Program-made: the position numbers and the translations under genes
Source: Octopus vulgaris
Taxonomy: Eukaryota
DNA: 64,000 nt
Assembly: GCA_951406725.2 (NCBI GenBank)
Contig: OX597820.1
Span: 16,864,001-16,928,000, forward strand
Direction: 5' to 3'
Notes under the pieces: generated by a model
Seen by the model: the letters and a program-made list of their open reading frames with translations, nothing else
Told to the model about the DNA's origin: nothing
Database searches by the model: none
Part shown: positions 54,583-64,000 of the stretch, piece after piece
How positions within the stretch are numbered: the first letter of the stretch is position 1
Layout: each line of letters opens with the position of its first letter

Positions 54583-54870
54583 AATATATATATAATGATA
54601 TATCATAATATTACACACATACACCCACACACACATAGATATAGGTGCCGTGGCTGTGCGGTAAGAAGCTTGCTTACCAACAACATTGCTCCGTGTTCAG
54701 TCTCAATGCGTGGAACCTTGGACAACTGCCTTCTACCTGTTAACACGCGAGCCTAATACGGATCCCTAGCTCCAGCCTCAGCTGTGAACTTCGAACCTAA
54801 CGGATGACCAATTATAACGCTTACTCAGCGTATCTAATCGTTTAGATCATCAGTGAACTAAACCCCTCAT

Positions 54871-54962
<92 letters not shown>

Positions 54963-55016
54963 CTCACTGTGCAAATTCACAATGTCATTAAACCAAAGAA
55001 GATTTCTGAACTACAA

Positions 55017-55380
55017 GACCTTGCAGGTAGGGCCCAGTTAAAATTTTCTTCAGATCGAGTAGCGTATCCCGCTCAAAAGGTCCCCGAATAAGGATTGTTT
55101 AAGGATGTTAAACGAACCACCCATGTTTCCAAAGATGAATTATACAAAACTCAAAGAATTCCTCTCCCTCACTACTTCTGCTCGTGGTCAGGGATGCACA
55201 TATCATCAGCCACGAAGGGACATGCTCAATTGGTTAAGGTCAAACAACTGAGAAGCAAATCTGTGGTATTGAACAGAATATTTGCTGTTGCCCATCTTTT
55301 ATACCAAGACAAAACAATGTACAGGATAACACTTCCAATCAGAAGCCATGAGAGTCACTGCCTGGGACTGCATTAAGCCA
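55017..55380. mobile_element. Family D partial, diverged copy followed by (CTT)n
   Basis: Matches 935-1330 with deletions. Confidence 0.8.
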
Positions 55381-55623
55381 TTTCTTCTTCTTCTTCTTCT
55401 TCTTCTTCTTCTTCTTCTTCTTCTTCTTCTTCTTCTTCTTCTTCTTCTTCTCCTCCTCCTCCTTCTTCTTCTTCTTCTTCTTCTTCTTCTCCTCCTCCGG
55501 CTCCTCCTCCTCCTTCTTCTTCTTCTTCTTCTTCTTCTACTTCTTCTTCTTCCTCTCTTTCTTCTTCTTCCTCTCTTTCTTCTTCTCCTCCGTCTCCTTC
55601 TCCTTCTGCTGCTGCTGCTGCTG

Positions 55624-55677
<54 letters not shown>

Positions 55678-55680
55678 ATA
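55381..55680. repeat. (CTT)n/(CTC)n/(CTG)n/(CTA)n compound triplet repeat
   Basis: Direct reading. Confidence 0.95.
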
Positions 55681-55736
55681 CTACTTTATTTATTCACTTA
55701 CGTATTTGCAGTCGTCAGTGTTTGGATGTCTCTAGG

Positions 55737-55830
<94 letters not shown>

Positions 55831-56585
55831 CTTATTTATAAATCTATGAGTAGTGATTTGTCCGTATGTGTGTGTGTGTGCAAATAGATATGCCCAAGGT
55901 GTAGTTAAAAACGTATCAGATGTTTTCGTCAGTACACCAGCATACATAAATTTGGGTAGGGTTTATAACGATATTGTTTTTCTCTCGATCCGCTTTTAAA
56001 CATATTTACTTTAACTAATTCTTGTTGTGCTCGTATTAGTGTGAAAGTGTCTGTCTACTGATAGATGTTCTAGATCAAAGGCGGTTTCCCAAATAAGCTT
56101 ATAACCAGAATTTAACCTTTATCTCATGCATTACATTGATTTACAACAATTTTTTTCATAGTGTTCTTGTTGAATACAAACATATATGTGTACAAGTTCA
56201 TATGCGGGAAGTAATACACATAATCGATAGAGTCGGTTTATCAACATATACGTTAATGGTTTTGAGTATATGACATATAAGAACCAGTAAATTTTAAAAC
56301 GCAAATAAACATTATATAACATGACGAAATAAGCACTTGATAAGAATATATGACGAAGATTATAAATACATGTATAGTTGTGGGTGTGCGCGTGTTTGTT
56401 TTGATATAGAATTATATGTAAAGTCAAATATTAATTGAAGCAATTAACTAGTGAATCATATTTATTTTCCTGCTACAAGGAATATATTGGTAGTGACTTC
56501 GAAACTTCGGTTTAGTTACCTTTGTCAGAATACATATACACCCACATGTACATGCATATATACATATATGTATATATAAAAACTT

Positions 56586-57501
56586 ACTTGGAGAAGAAGT
56601 AAAAAGAAAACGACGCGTGGCGTTCAATCATATAATAACAATTTAATAAATAAAACATATGCATACATACATACATACATATATGTACATACCTACATCT
56701 ATTTGTATATATACATGCATATATGAGTACAGGGTACCACAAATAAACGTAGAACACAACGAGAAACGAAAACATAAAATCAAACAAGGAAACGGACTTT
56801 TTTAACAACGAAAAAAACAGAGTACAAGACAAACAATACAAGGAATATTCCCCTTCATCAGCTGCCTCTGTTTCGACTCAATGCGTGTTTCGAAGGTAAG
56901 GGCAGAACACGATCCGGCCGAAACAGTCCTTCCTGCAAAATGAATTAAATAAAATTCTTTTGCCGAGGGGTAAAAAAAGTGACAAGAACAGGACGTAAAA
57001 GCAATACAAATGAAGAAAAAATACAGTACAAATAAAGAATAACAGGACAAGGAAACCAACAATAAGGGCTTTTTTAAAGCCTAGACGGTGGAAAAATTCG
57101 TTAGAACGCATTCTGAAGATCGGCTTGCGGAAGACAGAAAAGAAAACTGTGTTGACTTGTTGAAAGCAGCGGGCAGAAAGAAAGTTAGTAGTCCTCCTGT
57201 CAGCGGCCAGAGAGAGGAGGAGGAGTGAGAGAGAGAGAGAGGAAAAGAAACCAGAAAGGGTGAAAAATAAGAAGGAGAGAGACAGGTAGAGAGGAAGACA
57301 GACAGGCAGGGAGGAAAGGTCAAGTAAAGAGTTAAGAGTGCGCGTCATAATTATTATAATAAAAACTTGGAGAAGAAGAAAAAAGAAAACGACGCGTGGT
57401 GTTCAATCATATAATAACAATTTAATGCATACTTATATACATATAGATGTAGGTATCTACATATATGTATGTATGTATGCATGTTTTATTTATTAAATTG
57501 T

Positions 57502-57508
<7 letters not shown>
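56586..57508 (-). mobile_element. Family J non-autonomous PLE-like element, copy 2 (~780-bp unit, direct repeat plus inverted tail)
   Basis: Direct repeat 56586-56646 / 57365-57426; 57427-57508 is an inverted copy of about 56632-56720; flanked by TA-rich repeats. Confidence 0.75.
56850..56926 (-). ncRNA. Candidate non-circularly permuted hammerhead ribozyme, copy 2
   Basis: CUGUUUCGGC cggau CGUGU U CUGCCC uua CCUUC GAA ACACG cauuga GUCGAAACAG AGGCAG CUGAUGA a GGGG. Confidence 0.7.
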
Positions 57509-57567
<59 letters not shown>

Positions 57568-57583
57568 ACTTTATTTATATATG

Positions 57584-57656
<73 letters not shown>

Positions 57657-58189
57657 ATACACACAGACATGCAGGAAGTAAATAGACACCTTTTATTTTC
57701 AAAATCTTTTATTTGATATTAATTGGTTGAAGGAGAGGTTTTCTTCTAGCTGCTCGTCCATAATACCCTTCGCTTTTGAATTTACACAAACTTCATAAGC
57801 ATACATGCATGCATGCATGCATGCATGCATGCATACATACATACATACATACATACATACATACATACATACATACATACAGAGATCAGTCTCCAAGTGA
57901 GATTTGATATCTTTTACATTTTACTTGCTCCAGTCAGACAAATCTTATCCGTTTCTTATTTTTTAAGTCTAGTACTTATTATATCGATATATTTTTTTAA
58001 TAAAACGGCTAAGATAACGGGATGTAAGCAACATCTCTGTTGAAAAAAAAAATACAAACATATTATCCTATTTGTCTGAAATCTTATCAACTACCTGATA
58101 AGACAGAACGGAAATGTCTAAATTTAATCCACAAACTAGATTAATAATACACGGCAGAAACAAAAGAGTTTTGAAATTCTTGCTGTCAA

Positions 58190-58446
58190 TAATTAATGTG
58201 CAAGTGGTTGAGCACTCCACAGACACGTGTTCTCTCAATGTAGTTCTCAGGGAGATTCAGCGTGACACAAGATATGACGAGGCTGGCCCTTTGAATTACA
58301 GGCGCAGCTCATTTTTACCAGCTGACTGGACTTCAGCAATAAGAAATAAAGTCTTGCCAAAAGACACAACACGTTGCCTGGAATCGAACTCACAACCTTA
58401 CGATCTTAAGCAGAAGACCCCCTAACCACTAAGCCACGAACCTTCA
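58190..58446 (-). mobile_element. SINE sharing the family B type-2 tail, diverged
   Basis: GAGCACTCCACAGACACGTG..CAGCGTGACAC as at 38983-39040; head GGAATCGAAC..CCCTAACCACT. Confidence 0.7.
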
Positions 58447-59170
58447 CAATAATTAAATACAAGCGTATAAACTCTTGAACAAACTACTAACGACAAATGT
58501 AATTATAAATTCAGTTGCAAACATAAGTTTTAAACTTCACGACTCCAACTATTATTTTGGCCATAGAAATGCAACTTTCTTTTGACGACTTACCATGCAT
58601 TTTCAACAAGGAACAATTGCAATGCATTACACAACACAACACAAGGCAAAACTAAATAAGAAAACATATGCAGATTGCACGATTACACGTCCTTATATTA
58701 GATTACGGGATGTACTGAGGTAATTTATTAAACATTTATTTTTTTCAAATGAAAATTAACATTTTTGAAAAATTGAAGTTAAATATCTTAAGATTGTCAG
58801 ATAATAAACGGTTGAAATTGAAGCTACAACCGGTTTCACATCCAGATTAAAACAGCTGATTCTTAAACAAAGAATATTTTTTGAATATGACTGTTACAAT
58901 CGAAAATTTTAAAATGGAATGACATTTACAGCAATAACAGTTATACAAACATACAAACATGCATACATACAAACATGCATACATACATACATACATACAT
59001 ACATGCATACAAACATGCATACATAATACAAACATACATACAAACATGCATACATACATACATACATACATACATGCATGCATACATACATACAAACATG
59101 CATACATATATACTTACATACATACATGCATACATACATACATACATACATACATACATACATACATACA

Positions 59171-59203
<33 letters not shown>

Positions 59204-59300
59204 TTATACACTTTATAGAATTAAGGATAAAATCACTTTAATGGTTTTATCAAGTTGTCAGCGTGAAATAAAAACCTTGCAGATAATTTTATATACTAGA

Positions 59301-59453
59301 TGGCTGTGTAGTAAGCAGCTTGCTTACGAACCACATGGTTCCGGGTTCAGTCCCACTGCGTGGCACCTTGGGCAAGTATCTTCTACTATAGCCTTGGGCC
59401 GACCAAAGCGTTGTGAGTGGATTTGGTAGACGGAAACTGAAAGAATCCCGTCG

Positions 59454-59542
<89 letters not shown>

Positions 59543-59762
59543 TTGTGTGTGTATATGTTTGTGTGTGTGTGTTTGTCCCCTCCCAACATCGCTTGACAAC
59601 CGATGCTGGTGTGTAAACGTCCCCGTAACTTAGCGGTTCGGCAATAGAGACCGATAGAATAAGTAATAGGCTTACAAAGAATAAGTCCTGGGGTCGATTT
59701 GCTCGAATAAAGGCGGTGCTCCAGCATGGCCACAGTCAAATGACTGAAACAAGTAAAAGAGT
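59301..59762 (+). mobile_element. SINE family A, near full length
   Basis: Matches 15657-16127. Confidence 0.9.
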
Positions 59763-60528
59763 CTTCATGCATATGTATTGGTGTATGTGCAACGCTTCAG
59801 TAATCTAAAGATAGAAATTGCAGATGAATTAAAATCGTTAGAACTTCCCTTGTTTCAACGAAATACAGTTACGAAGATAAAACAGATCGACAGACTTACT
59901 TTCAGCAGCGAAGAAAAATGAACACACAAATTGAATCATTGTAGACACAGCATGGGGAACATGTGGCAACACATAGGAGCATGAAGATCAGCCAAGAGAA
60001 ACGAGTTAATCTATGCAATAGCTGCAATAGTCACAAAGGAAAACGTATATTTAATGAAAACGTCTCATACGAGGACATCTAATCCCAGGCAAAGAAGATA
60101 GAAAGCGAACATACAGAAAAGGGTAGAAAATGAAATATAGATCTCTTAATCCGTAATGAAATCAACAATGAAAATACACCAATGAGGCAAGAAAAGACAC
60201 AAATTCTTCAGAAATGTTGTATAAACACACACACACACACGATACACAAAAAAATATAAAAACAGAGGAGCGCTAAAGAATGATTCTCAATAAAGTGTAG
60301 ATAATCTTTCGTTATGAAAGAAACGAAAGTATTTCTTCGACTAAAACAAACACTCTTCAATCCGGTAGGATTTTGTCATGAGCTACGTTAAAAATGTAAA
60401 TGAAACTCACAACAGCACCTACAATGAAAAAAGTAATATATAAAAAGTAATATATTTTCGACGAGGCTGGACAGGAGAAATACTGCCGAAAATGAAAATG
60501 TTGGAAACAACGGATGTAGTATCTGAAC

Positions 60529-60828
60529 CAGTGTTTCTCAACCATTTTTTTTAACCAATGGACCCCTTTAACTCATATTTCACTCTTATAGACCCTTATA
60601 GACCCTTATAGACTCTTATAGACCCTTATAGCAATTCGATGTTCTAAAAAAGAAAAAAGAAAATCATGTTATATTTTTATCATTAAATACTATTAGGAAA
60701 TGCATAAAAAATTGTCAGAATATTTTGCGTATTGTAGAAGTAGGATTGATGTATTGCAAATAAATTTTAGCATCAAAAACCTTATATAGACCTCCAAGGA
60801 CCATATGAACCCCAATTAAGAACCAATG
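60529..60828. mobile_element. hAT (Charlie-like) MITE
   Basis: Ends CAGTGTTTCTCAA / TTAAGAACCAATG; 8-bp TSD ATCTGAAC / ATCTAAAC; internal GACCCTTATA tandem. Confidence 0.75.
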
Positions 60829-60883
60829 ATCTAAACAATAGTAGGAGAAATAACGACCCAACACATGTACGACCGACATTCAT

Positions 60884-61035
<152 letters not shown>

Positions 61036-61186
61036 ATACATATAAAATACAGTGTACATTTAAACACATGAAGAGGTTTCCATCATAGGAATCCCTTACG
61101 CTAGAAAGGACAGCTAAAGTACAAGCCACTAATTAGGGATAAATTCTCGAAGGGAAGAAAAAATAAAAACATTTACCATCTATTTC

Positions 61187-61252
61187 CTAGACCATGGTTT
61201 CTAACTTATTTTAGCAAAAAAATAATTTGCTCGGCGAAGTCTTCGTCAACAG
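61187..61252 (-). ncRNA. Family E hammerhead motif (C3>U)
   Basis: cug UUGACGA agacuu..agcaaa/uuugcu..aaguu a GAAA ccaugg UC uag; flank is homologous to 16252-16340 and 43000-43070. Confidence 0.55.
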
Positions 61253-61453
61253 TGTACATATATATATATATATGTTTGTATGTGCGTGCGTGCGTTAACG
61301 TTTGTTTTCATGTTGATTTTGCATTAATCTGATGGCTTACTTAAGTAGAGGACAAATTTATAAATGTTGACAGTGCAAACTTCGAAGTCACTTTCAATAA
61401 TATTCTTATTTAAGAATAATACACCCATACATATGCACATACGTCCATCCATC

Positions 61454-61541
<88 letters not shown>

Positions 61542-61577
61542 CATATATATATATACATACATACATACATACATACA

Positions 61578-61642
<65 letters not shown>

Positions 61643-61645
<3 letters not shown>

Positions 61646-61871
61646 GGAGTAAACACATAAATGTGAAACAAAGTGGAAAAAAGAGTACTCAAATACCAGT
61701 GGTAGAGTAATATGCTTTATTTTAAGCAGCAGAAAATTCAACAAAATCTGTTACTCTGAGTTTCTCGTTGCCGTTCATCAGACAGTTTTTGCTAGCAAAA
61801 ACTGTCTGATGAACGGCAACGAGAAACTCAGAGTAACAGATTTTGTTGAATTTTCTGCTGCTTAAAATAAA

Positions 61872-61872
<1 letters not shown>
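61643..61872. mobile_element. Family G element in (TA)n with a perfect 158-bp palindrome (61715-61872)
   Basis: Arms are exact reverse complements around GCTAGC (61791-61796). Confidence 0.9.
61802..61839 (+). ncRNA. Minimal type I hammerhead, family G (mirror copy 61748-61785 on minus)
   Basis: cugu CUGAUGA acg gcaa cga GAAA cuc a gag UA acag; predicted cut after A61835. Confidence 0.75.
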
Positions 61873-61914
<42 letters not shown>

Positions 61915-61918
<4 letters not shown>

Positions 61919-62302
61919 CGCCCGGCGTTGCTCGGGTTGTAAGGAAATAACTATATAAGCATTTTTAGAGAGTTATAGCCAAAAAATAGCAAAAAAATGC
62001 ATTAAAAATTGAAAAAAACTTAAGGTAAATTTTTTTTTAAATCGTTGACACATTGTAGATATTTTTAGAGAGTTACTTCCCTTATATAAAAGCGAAAAAA
62101 ATGCATTCAAATGGAAAAATATGATGGTAAATTTTTTTTAAATCGTAGACTCATCGTAGACGCACGCTAATACCCAGAAGGGCTCGATATGAATCACGAC
62201 TATAAATTACCCGCTTTTGGTTAAACTGCACCGCAAAATGTGGGAGTAGTTAGGAATCTAAATCGTAGGAGACAGACACACAACTTCACTCTTATATAAA
62301 GA
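61915..62302 (-). mobile_element. Non-autonomous Helitron-like element
   Basis: Minus strand starts A|TCTTTATATAAG with GTCTGTCT near the 5' end and ends in the hairpin CCCG-AGCAACGC-CGGG; terminal CTRR is lost into (TA)n. Confidence 0.6.
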
Positions 62303-63172
62303 TGCTTTTTTTTTCAGTCATAGAGTTAGATTTATGAAGGTCTTCAGTAGAAAATCCTTCGAATTCTGACTCGCTGCTTGATATAATGAAATTCGTATCC
62401 ATTTTTTGTCAGAATTACAAATTTTGAAAACACAATAGGAAATGAGTAAAATAAAAACCAATTTACCTTTTCTGTCCGTCCGTGTGTCTTTGCAAATGTG
62501 TTGGAATGATAAGTGAGTTGTGATTTGGCGCCTTTTTTACTAATAACAAACACACACGTGTTTGTATGTAGTTGTATGTGTATGTAGTTGTATGTAGTTG
62601 TATATGTATGTGTATGCGTGTGTGTGAGGAATGACACACACACACTCACGCACGCACACATGTACATCAATGCTTTCGGAGTGATATGTTAAAATATTGA
62701 GTTTTCTCGAATTTTGTCTTAATTGGTGGTAAAATTGAAAGAAATTTTTTATGGCATCACCCACTGAAGTACTCTGAAAAATCTTAGGTAAACTCTAATT
62801 GAAGAAATTGTGTATTTATTTGTTTCTGTTTGCTGTGTTATTTTATTTTTTGAGTAGTGGTTTAAATACTTTCACTTTAGTCTTCCTCAAATCACTCTGT
62901 CGCTATTTACTTTCATTTTATTCGTCGCACACTGTGTGTGTGCGTTTGCGTGTGGTGTAAACCAGACTAAGAAAAGCATTTGACACACACACCAGAATGT
63001 GAGTTTTCTGTAAATTTTGCTTAATTGGAGTTAAAATTTTAAAAACTGGACCTGGCATGACGCGATGCATTGTACTCTTAAAAATGCTAGGTAAATTGTA
63101 ATTGAAGAAATCCTATATTGTAGATTTGTATAACTCCCAAAGGGAGGCAGATAAAATCTGCCTTTTATAATA

Positions 63173-63242
<70 letters not shown>

Positions 63243-63368
63243 TATATATATATACATATACATATATATGGATCAAAAGAATTTATTTTCAAATTCGTTG
63301 GTACTCTTGAGTTTCAAGCGTGATGCTAGCCGTCAGCCATTGTGAATCTGAGCTTCAGTATGTCTATG

Positions 63369-63452
<84 letters not shown>

Positions 63453-63464
63453 GTACGTTTAAAT

Positions 63465-64000
63465 ATTTGTTGTGCAAGATTTTTTATGTGAAGTCGTGTG
63501 TTGAAACAGATATTGTTATATTTCGGAATGGTCATATTGCCAGTTTAGCCAATAAAAGCACACGCACTATATATTTGGTGTTATTTTGCTTCAGTGATAT
63601 TTATTTTCTACATTAATCTTAATCTTATTTCGGCCAGAGTTCTTTCGTCACACTCCTGTGACCACATCAGTGGTCCTTTGTTTTCTTCTTTCGTATTTGT
63701 GTCTCTCCTTACTAACCGTCAGCCATTTTGTATTTCTATTCCATGTCTTCATTTGCGCATGCTTATATCTCTATGTGCGTCTATGTTTATTTAGTGTGTG
63801 TGTGGGGGGAATGCCTGTAATATTTGTATCTTCTGTTTATATACATTCATGTAATTTGTATTTTGTTTTTGTTGTTGCTTTTGTTCTAATTTTGTTCATG
63901 TGTTTACATCCACCCATTATTATCATTACATATGCTTGTATGTATGTATAACAACAATATTAGTAATAATAATAATAAATCTAATCGAAAAAAAAAAATA
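63465..64000 (-). mobile_element. Family H PLE 3' UTR copy with HHR variant at 63632-63676
   Basis: Homologous to 29362-29870; cca CUGAUGU g gucac aggagu gugac GAAA gaac UC ugg. Confidence 0.8.

Noticed and set aside
54820-54860. CUGAUGA followed by a small hairpin on the minus strand
   Set aside because: It has GAUA instead of GAAA and no cleavage triplet with stem I
55348-55887. 179-aa poly-Leu ORF resembling a membrane protein
   Set aside because: It is a CTN triplet repeat joined to (TA)n/(TG)n
56878-57348. 156-aa ORF in family J
   Set aside because: Mostly CT-rich low complexity, with no convincing RT or GIY-YIG motif

Overview
This is AT-rich, repeat-dominated animal DNA. The style of the tRNA-headed SINEs and the extreme (TA)n/(CA)n/(ATT)n/(TACA)n load suggest an octopus-like cephalopod (inference). 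I found no convincing host gene, and most of the ORF track is microsatellite artefact. The real coding remnants are all transposon-derived: three Penelope-like (PLE) GIY-YIG fragments, R4/Dong-type LINE fragments, RTE-, CR1- and L1/Tx1-like pieces, and two mariner N-termini. Non-coding repeats include three SINE families, an (ATT)n-flanked ~550-bp element, a hAT MITE, a Helitron-like element and several fold-backs. The notable signal is RNA. At least six families of hammerhead-ribozyme (HHR) motifs sit in small non-autonomous elements with PLE-type direct and inverted ends. One family (6217-6292 and 56850-56926, minus strand) has the whole HHR core in a strand order that matches none of types I, II or III. 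It looks like a non-circularly permuted, pseudoknotted hammerhead, supported by three compensatory base-pair changes between the two copies. All folds were read by eye and are untested.
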